Source of the DNA: Verrucomicrobiia bacterium
GTDB taxonomy: Bacteria > Verrucomicrobiota > Verrucomicrobiia > Palsa-1439
NCBI GenBank assembly: GCA_049511095.1
Contig: JBEKYJ010000001.1
Location: 1-59,548, forward strand
Direction: 5' to 3'
Length of the DNA stretch: 59,548 nt
This document shows positions 1-9,344 of this stretch, piece after piece. The notes beneath the pieces are model-generated. The model saw only the letters and a program-made list of their open reading frames with translations. It was not told the DNA's origin and searched no databases. The translations under genes and the position numbers were made by a program. Each line of letters opens with the position of its first letter. Within the stretch, counting starts at the first letter, position 1.

Positions 1-129
1 CTCTGTGATGCGATTCCCTTGCTCATGGCGTTTCCCTCCTAGGCGCGAACGGGATATTACCAGATTGAGTGGAGGAAGGACAATGCTCGCGCGTTTGGGG
101 GTGTTGAATCAAGCCACCCGAGTGTGCTG

Positions 130-626
130 TAACAGTCGCAGCTTTATAGTGGCCGACCCTTTTTAGGATTTCTTCGACACGCTTGATCCAGGCAAACGGC
201 TTGGGATTCTCGTTATGCTGGTGGATGTATTGATGGATCGTTTCAACGAGCTCGTTGACGCTCTTGAAAGAGCCGCACCGAATCCGTGTCCGAGTGATTT
301 CTCCAAACCATCAATTTTACCAGATTCAACCAGGAAGAACTGGTGGGAGTGAAATGCGGTAGTGTCCTAAACCAAATCGGCACCGCACACATGCCGTGTA
401 TGCTGTGGCGCTGCCCAAAAGGATGGTTTGCCTTCGCCCCGCCTTCACGCGGATTTTGAATGTCATCACAAGTCAGGCTACGCTGCAGCGCTCCAACAGA
501 CGCAGTCGGGCTGCTGTAAAGTGGAACGTCATCCATGGCGAACAGGTCTCCTGTTTTCCACCATCTGGCCACAGTTAGGAGAAAACCCTTCGGTGGATCA
601 CTTGTTACATCAGGGTTCGGCCCCAC
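130..626 (-). pseudogene. IS630-family transposase relic (C-terminal part, frameshifted and degenerate)
   Basis: Minus-strand translation gives ...LPHFTPTSSSWLNLV (ORF 243..626). After a frame change near 300 it reads GEITRTRIRCGSFKSVNELVETIHQYIHQHNENPKPFAWIKRVEEILKRV. The pattern HFTPT..SWLN.VE...RG.F.SV.EL...I..Y...N...PF.W is the conserved C-terminus of IS630/DDE_3 transposases. The upstream part is degenerate, no terminal inverted repeats were seen, and the boundaries are approximate. Confidence 0.6.
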
Positions 627-687
627 CTCGTAACACAGTCAGGCGCGCGCGACCGGCGCGGAACCTACCCGGGTTCCTTTCTGCACC

Positions 688-716
688 TTGACGAGTCCAA
701 ACGAAGCCGTTACTCT
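688..716 (+). promoter_or_regulatory. Candidate sigma70-type promoter for tRNA-Leu(CAA)
   Basis: TTGACG (688..693), 17-nt spacer, TACTCT (711..716). The tRNA starts 10 nt downstream. Confidence 0.3.
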
Positions 717-725
717 CACCTCGTC

Positions 726-812
726 GCCGCCGTGGCGGAACTGGCAGACGCGCTGGACTCAAAATCCAGTACCAGCAATGGTGTGTGGGTTCGACTCCCT
801 CCGGCGGTACCA
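726..812 (+). tRNA. tRNA-Leu (anticodon CAA), CCA encoded
   Basis: Hand-folded cloverleaf. Acceptor GCCGCCG/CGGCGGT, anticodon stem CTGGA/TCCAG with loop CTCAAAA, long variable arm, T-arm GTGGG-TTCGACT-CCCTC, then A-CCA. Length 87 nt. Confidence 0.9.
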
Positions 813-868
813 TTCTTGTGCCCTCTGAATCGCCGAAAACAGGATGCCACCCAGGTTCACCGACGGAA

Positions 869-2728
869 CTATTCGACCGTCACGCTCTTGGCCAGGTTGC
901 GGGGCTTGTCCACGTCACAACCGCGTAACACGGCGATGTGATACGCGAGCAGTTGGAGCGGCAGGACCGTCAGCAACGGCTGCAGGCATTGCAGTGTGTC
1001 CGGGATGTAAATGACATCGTCGGCTCTCTTGCCGATGTCCGCATCGCCTTCGGTCGCGACGACAATGACCGGGCCTTTGCGCGCCTTCACTTCCTCGATG
1101 TTGGCCATGCCTTTCTCATACACCGAGTTTTTCGGGCAGAGAAACACCGACGGCGTGCGCGGATCGACAAGCGCGATGGGCCCGTGTTTCATCTCGGCGG
1201 CGGGATAGCCCTCGGCGTGGACATAGGAGATCTCCTTCAGTTTCAGAGCGCCTTCGAGCGCCACGGGGAAGTTGATCTGGCGCGCGAGAAACAGGAAGCT
1301 GTTGGCCTCGCAATACTTCTTCGCGATAACCGCAATCGCGTCGCTCTGCTGGAGCACCCGCTCCATCTTCGACGGGATTTCCTCCAGCCCGCGGAGAATC
1401 TCCGTGCCGCGCGTGGAGGCAAGATGCCGCATCCGTCCCATCAACACCGCCAGCAACGTCATCATCGTGACCTGCGAGCTGAACGTCTTGGTCGCGGCGA
1501 CTCCGATCTCGGGCCCCGCGTGCATGTAGATGCCGCCGTCGACTTCGCGGGCAATGGTGGAACCGACCACGTTGATGATGCCGAGCGTCTTGTGGCCTTT
1601 GCGCCGCGATTCGCGCACCGCCGCCAGCGTGTCGATCGTCTCGCCCGATTGGCTGATGGCGAACACGACGGTGTGCTTTTCAACGGGCGCGTTCCGATAG
1701 CGAAACTCGCTGGCGTAATCGCATTCGGTCGGGATGCGCGCGAGGTCTTCCATCAAATACTCGCCGATCATGCCAGCGTGCAACGCCGTGCCACAGGCGA
1801 TGTAAATGATGCGGTCCACGCCCCGCAATTCGGCGGGGGTGAGATTCAGTCCGCCAAGCCGGACGGTGGCTTCCTCGTGGCTGATACGGCCGCGAATGGC
1901 GTTGGCCACGGCGTGGGGCTGTTCGAAGATTTCCTTGAGCATGAAGTGCGGGAACTTCCCGCGTTCGACCTCGTCGGCGGCAAACTCGACTTCGCGAATC
2001 TGCGGACTGACGCTCGCCGCCTCGATGGTGGACACCTGGAAATCATCGCGCGTGAGCGTGACGATCTCAAAATCGTTCAGGTATACGACGCGGCGCGTGT
2101 GGGCGATGATCGCGCTGACGTCGCTGGCCAGAAAATTCTCGTCGCGTCCGACACCGACGAGCAGGGGACTGCCGCGGCGCGCCCCGACAATCTGGTCAGG
2201 GTGATCCGCGTGGACGACTGCGATGCCGTACGTGCCCACCACATCCTTCAGGGCGCGGCGCACCGCTTCGGTGAGGGTGGAACCGTTGGCACCGGGGTGC
2301 TCGGCGCGGATCTGGTCGTAATGGTCGCCGACGAGATGGGCGAGGACTTCGGTGTCGGTTTGAGAAAGGAACTTGTGGCCTTTGGCGAGAAGCCGTTCCT
2401 TGAGATGCTGATGGTTTTCAATCACGCCGTTGTGGACGAGGGCGATCTTAGCCGACTGGTCGAGATGGGGATGGGCGTTGGCATCCGTCGGGGGCCCATG
2501 GGTGGCCCAGCGCGTATGGCCGATGCCGGTCTCGCCTTTGGCGGGTTGTTTCATGAGAACCCCGGCGAGATTGTCGATGCGGCCGGCTTTCTTTCGGAGT
2601 TCGAATCCGCCTTTAGTAACGATACAGAGGCCGGCAGAGTCGTACCCGCGATACTCCAATCGGCGCAGGCCTTCGAGGATGACGGTTTGGGCGGGCTTCC
2701 GGCCAATGTAGCCGATAATGCCACACAT
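869..2728 (-). CDS. glmS: Glutamine--fructose-6-phosphate aminotransferase (isomerizing)
   Basis: ORF 869..2788 trimmed to the internal Met that gives N-terminal MCGIIGY (catalytic Cys2). The Ntn glutaminase domain, two SIS domains and the C-terminal ...DKPRNLAKSVTVE are typical of GlmS. Confidence 0.95.
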   Translation of the reverse strand: MCGIIGYIGRKPAQTVILEGLRRLEYRGYDSAGLCIVTKGGFELRKKAGRIDNLAGVLMKQPAKGETGIGHTRWATHGPPTDANAHPHLDQSAKIALVHNGVIENHQHLKERLLAKGHKFLSQTDTEVLAHLVGDHYDQIRAEHPGANGSTLTEAVRRALKDVVGTYGIAVVHADHPDQIVGARRGSPLLVGVGRDENFLASDVSAIIAHTRRVVYLNDFEIVTLTRDDFQVSTIEAASVSPQIREVEFAADEVERGKFPHFMLKEIFEQPHAVANAIRGRISHEEATVRLGGLNLTPAELRGVDRIIYIACGTALHAGMIGEYLMEDLARIPTECDYASEFRYRNAPVEKHTVVFAISQSGETIDTLAAVRESRRKGHKTLGIINVVGSTIAREVDGGIYMHAGPEIGVAATKTFSSQVTMMTLLAVLMGRMRHLASTRGTEILRGLEEIPSKMERVLQQSDAIAVIAKKYCEANSFLFLARQINFPVALEGALKLKEISYVHAEGYPAAEMKHGPIALVDPRTPSVFLCPKNSVYEKGMANIEEVKARKGPVIVVATEGDADIGKRADDVIYIPDTLQCLQPLLTVLPLQLLAYHIAVLRGCDVDKPRNLAKSVTVE

Positions 2729-2886
2729 AGCACATTCCTTGTCTGAAGTCGCGCGACGATGATTCAACCGCCCGAAGTGTCCGGGCACCGGCGGCGATGG
2801 CGAATCACAGTGGCGTGGACTTCGTATCGCAGTTGTTTTCTACCGCCGACAAGTTTTACTGTATCTAATATTTGCCGGATTGTCAA

Positions 2887-2916
2887 TTGACGCGACGAAG
2901 GGGCTTTGACTAGTAT
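2887..2916 (+). promoter_or_regulatory. Candidate promoter immediately upstream of the glgC ATG (possible leaderless mRNA)
   Basis: TTGACG (2887..2892), 18-nt spacer, TAGTAT (2911..2916). The A of the glgC ATG (2923) lies 7 nt after the -10 element, and there is no Shine-Dalgarno between them. Confidence 0.3.
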
Positions 2917-2922
2917 CGTGGC

Positions 2923-4233
2923 ATGGCTCCGTTAGGACTCAGACCAATCACCCCCGCGAATGTGTTGGGCGTGATCATGGGTGGCGGTGAGGGACGACGG
3001 CTCTTTCCATTGACGAAGGAGCGCGCGAAACCCGCCGTGCCGATTGCCGGCAAGTATCGTCTGGTCGACATCCCCATCAGTAACTGCATCAACTCCAACA
3101 TCCGCCACATTTACATCCTCACGCAATTCAACTCGGCGTCACTGCACCGCCACATCCACCAGAGCTATGCGTTCGACCGGTTTTCGCGCGGCTTCGTGGA
3201 AATTCTCGCCGCGCAACAGACGACCGGCGGCGTGTCGAGTTGGTATCAAGGGACGGCCGACGCGGTACGCCAGAATCTGCGTTACTTCCTGGAGCAGGCT
3301 TACGAATACATCGTGATTCTCTCGGGCGATCAACTGTACCGCATGGATTTTCGGAAGGTGCTGCAGCAGCATGTGGAATCCTATGCGGACGTCACGATTG
3401 CGGCCATCCCGGTGACGCGCAGCGAGGCGAGTTCGGTGGGTGTGCTGCAGGTGAACGAGGAAAAGCGGATCGTCCGCTTCGTGGAGAAGCCCAGAGACCT
3501 GAAGCTGTTGGATGAGCTGAAGATCCAGGACCCGCTGCTTTCCTACCTTCGGATCACCAGCAGTGAAGACCACTATCTGGCGTCAATGGGGATCTACGTG
3601 TTCAACCGGGAGATTCTCCGCAAGGTGCTGGACAACGACAAGACCGACTTCGGCAATCACATCATTCCCGACGCCATCGGCCGGCACCGCGTGTCGGCGT
3701 ACATTTTTCAGGGATACTGGGAGGACGTGGGAACGATCCACACCTTCTTTGAGGCGAACCTTGCGTTGTGCTCGCTCAAGCCGTCGTTCAATTTCTTCGA
3801 CCGCGACGCGCCCGTGTACACACACCCGCGTTTTCTGCCGGCATCGAAACTGGTGGAAAGCGATATTCGCAATGCGCTGGTCGCGGATGGATGCATCATC
3901 CTGCGTTCGCGTATTGAGAATGCCGTCATCGGCGTGCGCTCCTTCATTGGATCCGACTGTGTGTTGCGAGACGTCGTCCTGATGGGATGCGACTTCTTTG
4001 AGACGCCGCATGAAATGCTCGAAGAGGACGCGATGGGTATTCCGCACATGAGCATCGGGCGCGGCTCCAAGATCGAGCGTGCCATTATTGACAAGAACGT
4101 GCACATCGGCGAGGGCGTGGTGATCACCAACAAGAGCGACGCGCCGGATTTTGACGGCCCGAACTATTGCATCCGCGACGGCATCGTCATCATCCCCAAA
4201 AACGCCGTCATCCCCGCCGGGACGCGGATTTGA
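2923..4233 (+). CDS. glgC: Glucose-1-phosphate adenylyltransferase
   Basis: 436 aa. Contains GGGEGRRLFPLTKERAKPAVPIAGKYRLVDIPISNCINS (the GlgC nucleotide-binding signature) and a C-terminal left-handed beta-helix region. Confidence 0.9.
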   Translation: MAPLGLRPITPANVLGVIMGGGEGRRLFPLTKERAKPAVPIAGKYRLVDIPISNCINSNIRHIYILTQFNSASLHRHIHQSYAFDRFSRGFVEILAAQQTTGGVSSWYQGTADAVRQNLRYFLEQAYEYIVILSGDQLYRMDFRKVLQQHVESYADVTIAAIPVTRSEASSVGVLQVNEEKRIVRFVEKPRDLKLLDELKIQDPLLSYLRITSSEDHYLASMGIYVFNREILRKVLDNDKTDFGNHIIPDAIGRHRVSAYIFQGYWEDVGTIHTFFEANLALCSLKPSFNFFDRDAPVYTHPRFLPASKLVESDIRNALVADGCIILRSRIENAVIGVRSFIGSDCVLRDVVLMGCDFFETPHEMLEEDAMGIPHMSIGRGSKIERAIIDKNVHIGEGVVITNKSDAPDFDGPNYCIRDGIVIIPKNAVIPAGTRI

Positions 4234-4272
4234 AGCCACGGATGACACGGGAGGATTTCTGCAAAAGCAGTG

Positions 4273-4300
4273 TTGACACGTTTTGGGAATCCGCTATAGT
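4273..4300 (+). promoter_or_regulatory. Near-consensus sigma70 promoter upstream of the tRNA-Thr/tuf cluster
   Basis: TTGACA (4273..4278), 16-nt spacer, TATAGT (4295..4300). Confidence 0.5.
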
Positions 4301-4510
4301 CGGGTGACCCCATGGAGGGGTGATACAGTAAGGCAAGCTTAAGAGGGGCAGCAGAACCCGCCGACTGTTTCCTTATGCAAAAGGGCAGTTTAAGGAAACA
4401 GAGGGGGGTTCTAGCGTCTTTTTGTGTCTAGTGTACTTTCGTCAGGGCGATGCACCGATACACTGCTTCTGGAAACGATTGTGCGGCACGGTGTTGGGAA
4501 GTGAACTGTT

Positions 4511-4586
4511 GCCCACGTAGCTCAGTTGGTAGAGCACGTCCTTGGTAAGGACGAGGTCATCGGTTCAAACCCGATCGTGGGCTCCA
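4511..4586 (+). tRNA. tRNA-Thr (anticodon GGT), CCA encoded
   Basis: Acceptor GCCCACG/CGTGGGC, D-arm GCTC-AGTTGGT-AGAGC, anticodon stem CGTCC/GGACG with loop TTGGTAA, T-arm ATCGG-TTCAAAC-CCGAT, then T-CCA. Confidence 0.92.
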
Positions 4587-4654
4587 GATAACGGGCAGTG
4601 CGGCAGCAGACACGGTCAGTAAGATCAGACAATTAAGAGAGACAGGAGGAGAGC

Positions 4655-5845
4655 ATGGCCAAAGGAAAATTTGAACGAACGAAGCCACACGCCAACGTCG
4701 GGACAATCGGTCACATCGACCACGGCAAGACGACCTTGGTGGCCGCGATCTTGAAGGTGCTGGCCAAACAGGGCAAGGCCGAGGTCAAAAGTTACGCGGA
4801 CATCGCCAAGGGCGGTACGGTTCGCGACGAGACCAAGACCGTGACCATCGCGGTGGCTCACGTCGAATACGAGAGCGAGAAGCGGCACTACGCACACATT
4901 GACTGCCCCGGGCACGCGGACTACGTGAAGAATATGATCACGGGCGCCGCCCAGATGGACGGCGCGATCCTCGTCGTCAGCGCGGCGGACGGCCCGATGC
5001 CGCAGACCCGCGAGCACGTGTTGCTGGCCCGGCAAGTGGCGGTGCCGGCCATGGTGGTGGCGCTGAACAAGGTGGATCTCGTCGATGACCCAGAACTGCT
5101 GGACCTCGTCGAACTCGAAGTGCGCGAACTTCTCTCGCAATACCAGTTCCCCGGCGACAAGACGCCGGTGATTCGCGTCAGCGCAACGAAAGCGCTGGCC
5201 GGTGATCCCGAGGCCGAGAAGCACGTACTGGAGTTGATCAAAGCGGTAGACGAGTTCATCCCCGACCCGGTGCGCGAGAAGGACAAACCGTTCCTGATGC
5301 CCGTCGAGGACGTGTTCTCGATCACAGGCCGCGGCACGGTGGCCACGGGCCGTATCGAACGTGGCATCGTGAAGGTCGGCGACGACGTGGAGATTGTCGG
5401 ATTGCGTGAGACCCAGAAGACGGTCGTCACGGGCGTGGAAATGTTCCGCAAGCTGCTGGATCAGGGCGAAGCGGGCGACAACATCGGCGCGCTGCTGCGC
5501 GGCATTGAAAAGGACGGCGTCGAGCGCGGTCAGGTGTTGGCCAAGCCGGGGTCGATCAAGCCGCACAAGAAGTTCAAGGCCGAGGTGTACGTGCTGAGCA
5601 AGGAGGAAGGCGGCCGTCACACGCCATTTTTTAATGGATACCGCCCGCAATTCTATTTCCGCACGACGGACGTCACAGGGGTGTCGAAGCTGCCGCAAGG
5701 CGTCGAGATGGTGATGCCCGGCGACAACGTGAACATGGAGGTCGAATTGATCACGCCCATCGCCATGGAAAAGACGATGCGCTTCGCTATCCGCGAAGGC
5801 GGACGCACGGTCGGCGCGGGACGCGTGACTGAGATTATGGAATAA
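4655..5845 (+). CDS. tuf: Translation elongation factor Tu
   Basis: 396 aa starting [27 protein letters not shown], with DCPGHADY and NKVD GTPase motifs. AGGAGG Shine-Dalgarno upstream. Confidence 0.98.
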   Translation: MAKGKFERTKPHANVGTIGHIDHGKTTLVAAILKVLAKQGKAEVKSYADIAKGGTVRDETKTVTIAVAHVEYESEKRHYAHIDCPGHADYVKNMITGAAQMDGAILVVSAADGPMPQTREHVLLARQVAVPAMVVALNKVDLVDDPELLDLVELEVRELLSQYQFPGDKTPVIRVSATKALAGDPEAEKHVLELIKAVDEFIPDPVREKDKPFLMPVEDVFSITGRGTVATGRIERGIVKVGDDVEIVGLRETQKTVVTGVEMFRKLLDQGEAGDNIGALLRGIEKDGVERGQVLAKPGSIKPHKKFKAEVYVLSKEEGGRHTPFFNGYRPQFYFRTTDVTGVSKLPQGVEMVMPGDNVNMEVELITPIAMEKTMRFAIREGGRTVGAGRVTEIME

Positions 5846-5872
5846 GGCCAGAGATTCGGGAGTTCACGCAAG

Positions 5873-6028
5873 ATGCCCAGAGAGTTGATCACCATGGCCT
5901 GCACCGAGTGCAAGAGCCGCAATTACACGTCGACGCGGAACAAGCGGGCGCAAGGTTCCGAGCGGCTGGAGCTGCGCAAGTTTTGTCCCAAGTGCGGCAA
6001 GCACGTGTCACATCGAGAAACGAAGTAA
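5873..6028 (+). CDS. rpmG: 50S ribosomal protein L33
   Basis: Hand-translated 51-aa ORF, too short for the ORF track: [51 protein letters not shown]. It has the CxxC...CxxC zinc-ribbon pattern and the L33 signature. Confidence 0.9.
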   Translation: MPRELITMACTECKSRNYTSTRNKRAQGSERLELRKFCPKCGKHVSHRETK

Positions 6029-6070
6029 GCAGGGACGGAGGTTCGGCGCGGAAAAGACCGCAGTGCGGAT

Positions 6071-6146
6071 ACGCCAGTAGCTCAATTGGCAGAGCGACGG
6101 TCTCCAAAACCGTAGGTTGGGGGTTCAAGTCCCTCCTGGCGTGCCA
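6071..6146 (+). tRNA. tRNA-Trp (anticodon CCA), CCA encoded
   Basis: Acceptor ACGCCAG/CTGGCGT, anticodon stem ACGGT/ACCGT with loop CTCCAAA, T-arm GGGGG-TTCAAGT-CCCTC, then G-CCA. Length 76 nt. Confidence 0.9.
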
Positions 6147-6233
6147 GTTGGGCGGGAATCGAGGTCGGCGTTCTGAGAATGGCAGGCTGGCTGCGGGGGC
6201 GGGACGGACGAATCAGACAAAGATGGCGAGAAC

Positions 6234-6431
6234 ATGACAAACCCATTTCTCAAAGCACGGAGTTTCGTGGTCGAAGTGTTGGCGGAACTGAAGAAATCGT
6301 CTTGGCCGACATGGAAGGAATTGGGGGACTCGACCATCGTTGTGATTATCACGGTGTTGATTCTGGGTGTGTTCGTCGCGCTGGCGGATGTGGTGTTTTT
6401 GCGGATCATTGCCTTTTTGACCAGGGCTTGA
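6234..6431 (+). CDS. secE: Preprotein translocase subunit SecE
   Basis: 65 aa with a single C-terminal TM helix. Contains ELKKSSWPTWKEL, and sits in the conserved position before nusG. Confidence 0.85.
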   Translation: MTNPFLKARSFVVEVLAELKKSSWPTWKELGDSTIVVIITVLILGVFVALADVVFLRIIAFLTRA

Positions 6432-6444
6432 TGAAAGAAACGAG

Positions 6445-7011
6445 ATGGATACGACGGTAAAATCTGAATTTCAGTGGTTTGTGCTCCACACGCTTTCTGG
6501 TCAGGAACAGAAAGTGAAGGACAGCATCGAGAAACGCATCAAAGTCGAGGAAATGGCCGAGTGGATCAAGGAAGTGCTGATCCCGACGGAGAAGGTGGCC
6601 GAGGTCAAAAAGGGCAAGAAAACGACCAGCACGCGGAAGTTTTATCCGGGTTACATCCTCGTACATATGAAGCTGCTCGATGAAAAGAACCAGTTGCGCG
6701 AACGCCCGTGGTACTTCATCCGCGAGACGCCGGGCATCATTGGGTTTATCGGCGGGGATCGCCCCGTTCCGCTCAAGCAGGACGAAGTGGAGAGTATTCT
6801 GGCGCAGATCGAGGAGCGCCAAGAGAAGGTGGCCCCGAAGGTCGCCTTCGAGAAGGGCGAGACGGTCAAGGTCACGGACGGACCGTTCCAGAACTTCACG
6901 GGAGTGATCGACGAAATCGATCCCAACCGTGGCAAGTTGAGAATCTCGGTGTCAATTTTCGGCCGTTCGACGCCGGTCGAATTGGAGTACTGGCAGGTCG
7001 AACGCGCGTAG
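6445..7011 (+). CDS. nusG: Transcription termination/antitermination factor NusG
   Basis: 188 aa. N-terminal NGN (WFVLHTLSGQEQKV) and C-terminal KOW (GETVKVTDGPFQNFTGVI). Confidence 0.95.
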   Translation: MDTTVKSEFQWFVLHTLSGQEQKVKDSIEKRIKVEEMAEWIKEVLIPTEKVAEVKKGKKTTSTRKFYPGYILVHMKLLDEKNQLRERPWYFIRETPGIIGFIGGDRPVPLKQDEVESILAQIEERQEKVAPKVAFEKGETVKVTDGPFQNFTGVIDEIDPNRGKLRISVSIFGRSTPVELEYWQVERA

Positions 7012-7020
7012 CGAGGGAAC

Positions 7021-7449
<429 letters not shown>

Positions 7450-7459
7450 CGAGGTTTCT

Positions 7460-8158
7460 ATGGCAACGCACGGCAAACGGTATCACGAGGCAGTCAAACA
7501 GGTCGATTCCAAGCGCCAGTACAAGATCGGCGACGCGGTCGAGCTTCTCAAGAAGCTGCCCAAGACGAGATTTGATGAGACGATTGAACTGGCGTTCAAA
7601 TTGGGGGTCGACCCCAAGCAAAGCGACCAGATGGTTCGCGGCACCGTCGCGCTTCCACACGGCAGCGGCAAGAAAGTGCGCGTGGTCGTTTTCGCCAAGG
7701 GTACCGCGGGACAGGCTGCCAAGGATGCCGGTGCGGATTTCGTTGGCTTTGAGGACCTTATTAAGAAGTGCCAGGAAGGCTGGACGGATTTTGACGTGGC
7801 AGTCGCGACGCCCGAGGCCATGCAGGAGGTCCGCAAGCTCGGCAAAGTTCTTGGTCCAAAGGGGCTGATGCCAAACCCGAAGACGGGTACGGTCACGGAC
7901 GACACGGGAAAGGCCGTCAAAGAAGTGAAAGCCGGCCGCGTCGAGTTCAAGATGGACAAAGCGGCGAACCTGCACGTCTCGTTCGGCAAACTCTCGTTCG
8001 AGGGGAAGGCGATTGAGGAAAACGCGCGGGCGGTCATCAGCGCCGTGGCGCACGCGAAGCCGGCGACGTCGAAAGGTCATTTTATTGAGAGCTGCACGAT
8101 GTCGAGCACGATGAGCCCGGGCATCAAGATTGACCATCACGAGTTTTCGGCGAGTTGA
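7460..8158 (+). CDS. rplA: 50S ribosomal protein L1
   Basis: 232 aa. The string RFDETIELAFKLGVDPKQSDQMVRGTVALPHG is typical of L1. Confidence 0.97.
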   Translation: MATHGKRYHEAVKQVDSKRQYKIGDAVELLKKLPKTRFDETIELAFKLGVDPKQSDQMVRGTVALPHGSGKKVRVVVFAKGTAGQAAKDAGADFVGFEDLIKKCQEGWTDFDVAVATPEAMQEVRKLGKVLGPKGLMPNPKTGTVTDDTGKAVKEVKAGRVEFKMDKAANLHVSFGKLSFEGKAIEENARAVISAVAHAKPATSKGHFIESCTMSSTMSPGIKIDHHEFSAS

Positions 8159-8179
8159 CGTAGAGGGGCATGGATTTTC

Positions 8180-8734
8180 ATGAGACCAGAAAAGCAACTG
8201 ATTGTTGAGGATTTGAAAAAGCAGGTCGGCTCGTCGCCGTTTGTAATCCTGACGGAATACAAGGGAATGACGGTCCAACAGTTCGGCGAGTTGCGCAAGC
8301 GGCTGCGCGCTGCGAAGGCCGAGTATCACGTGGCCAAGAACACCATGTTGCGTCACGCGATGAAGGCCGCCGAGCTTCCCGAGTTGGACCGCAACCTCGG
8401 CGGGATGACCGCCGTCGTGGTGGGCAACGACAAGTCCGACATCGGCGCTGTCGCAAAAGTGCTGAAGCAGTTCGGCAAGGAATTTGAGAAACCGAAGTTC
8501 AAGGTCGGGTCGCTGGGCAAGCAGGCGCTGAGCGCGGACGAGATTTCCGCGGTGGCCGATTTGCCTTCGTTGGATGCGCTGCGGGCGCAGTTGGTAGGCC
8601 TGTTGCAGACGCCCGCCACCCGGATCGCGGTCGTGCTCGGCGCGCCCGCAAGTCAAATTGCGCGCGTGCTGAAGGCGCACGCCGACAAGCAGGGAGCGGC
8701 GGTCGCGACACCTGTCGAGGCGGCTCCCGCGTAG
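8180..8734 (+). CDS. rplJ: 50S ribosomal protein L10
   Basis: 184 aa. Lies between rplA and rplL and shows the L10 pattern ([19 protein letters not shown]). Confidence 0.93.
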   Translation: MRPEKQLIVEDLKKQVGSSPFVILTEYKGMTVQQFGELRKRLRAAKAEYHVAKNTMLRHAMKAAELPELDRNLGGMTAVVVGNDKSDIGAVAKVLKQFGKEFEKPKFKVGSLGKQALSADEISAVADLPSLDALRAQLVGLLQTPATRIAVVLGAPASQIARVLKAHADKQGAAVATPVEAAPA

Positions 8735-8831
8735 GAGCGTAAACAAATGGTTCCTCGTCGAGCCGATGGCTGTCGGCTGTAAACGTCCCGAAGCTTCGGG
8801 GCGCGACGATACCGAGAGGAAGGATACGAAC

Positions 8832-9218
8832 ATGGCAGCAAATCTGGATCAAATCGTAGAACAACTGAGCGGTCTCACGGTGATCGAAGCCGCGGACCTT
8901 TCGAAGAAGCTCGAAGAGAAGTGGGGCGTGAGTACAGCGGCCCCAGTCGCGATGGCGGCAGCCCCGGCGGGCGGCGCGGCGGGTGGAGCCCCGGCGGCGG
9001 AAGTCAAGACGACTTTCGACGTGGTTCTGAAGGAAACGGGCGCGAACAAGATTGGCGTGATCAAGGAAGTGCGGGCGGTGACCAGCCTCGGCTTGAAAGA
9101 AGCCAAGGATCTGGTCGAAGGCGCTCCGAAGACCGTGAAGGAAGGCGCCACGAAGGAAGAGGCCGAGGAAATCAAGAAGAAGCTCGAAGCGGCCGGCGCC
9201 AAAGTCGAGTTGAAATAA
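8832..9218 (+). CDS. rplL: 50S ribosomal protein L7/L12
   Basis: ORF 8766..9218 trimmed to the ATG at 8832, giving [23 protein letters not shown].... Ala/Gly hinge, then the C-terminal [28 protein letters not shown]. Confidence 0.95.
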   Translation: MAANLDQIVEQLSGLTVIEAADLSKKLEEKWGVSTAAPVAMAAAPAGGAAGGAPAAEVKTTFDVVLKETGANKIGVIKEVRAVTSLGLKEAKDLVEGAPKTVKEGATKEEAEEIKKKLEAAGAKVELK

Positions 9219-9227
9219 TTGGTGTGG

Positions 9228-9255
9228 CTGCGCCCCAAAGGTTTTCGGGGCGCAG
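9228..9255 (+). terminator. Stem-loop in the rplL-rpoB intergenic region (attenuator-like, no U-tract)
   Basis: CTGCGCCCC (9228..9236) pairs with GGGGCGCAG (9247..9255) across a 10-nt loop. A second, smaller hairpin GGCGCT-tcgcgg-AGCGCC follows. Confidence 0.35.
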
Positions 9256-9344
9256 AAACAATTGGGTGACGGGGCGCTTCGCGGAGCGCCTCGACACCAT
9301 CAACAACGCGGACAGAGAGGGCAGGAATGCCCGGGAAGTAATTC

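Noticed and set aside
938-2746. Long ORFs antisense to obvious genes. Examples: 938..2746(+), 4625..5698(-), 9777..11774(-), 14978..16366(-), 18398..20338(-), 22159..23313(-), 23380..24762(-), 43748..44713(+), 44747..45625(+).
   Set aside because: Their translations are R/H/P/Q/G-rich and contain no motifs. They lie opposite highly conserved genes. This is the typical open-antisense-frame artefact of high-GC DNA.
2729-2900. Possible glmS ribozyme in the glmS 5' leader (minus strand)
   Set aside because: I read the reverse complement of the leader. It lacks the conserved glmS ribozyme core strings (for example the GACGAGGA-type segment). It shows only an AAGGA Shine-Dalgarno before the MCGIIGY start.
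4301-4440. SRP (4.5S) RNA or another known ncRNA upstream of tRNA-Thr
   Set aside because: GGGGCAGCAGAA only loosely resembles the SRP domain IV GGAA/GCAGC motif, and the surrounding helix is missing. No tRNA T-loop or other signature is present either. I kept it only as an unclassified candidate leader or sRNA.
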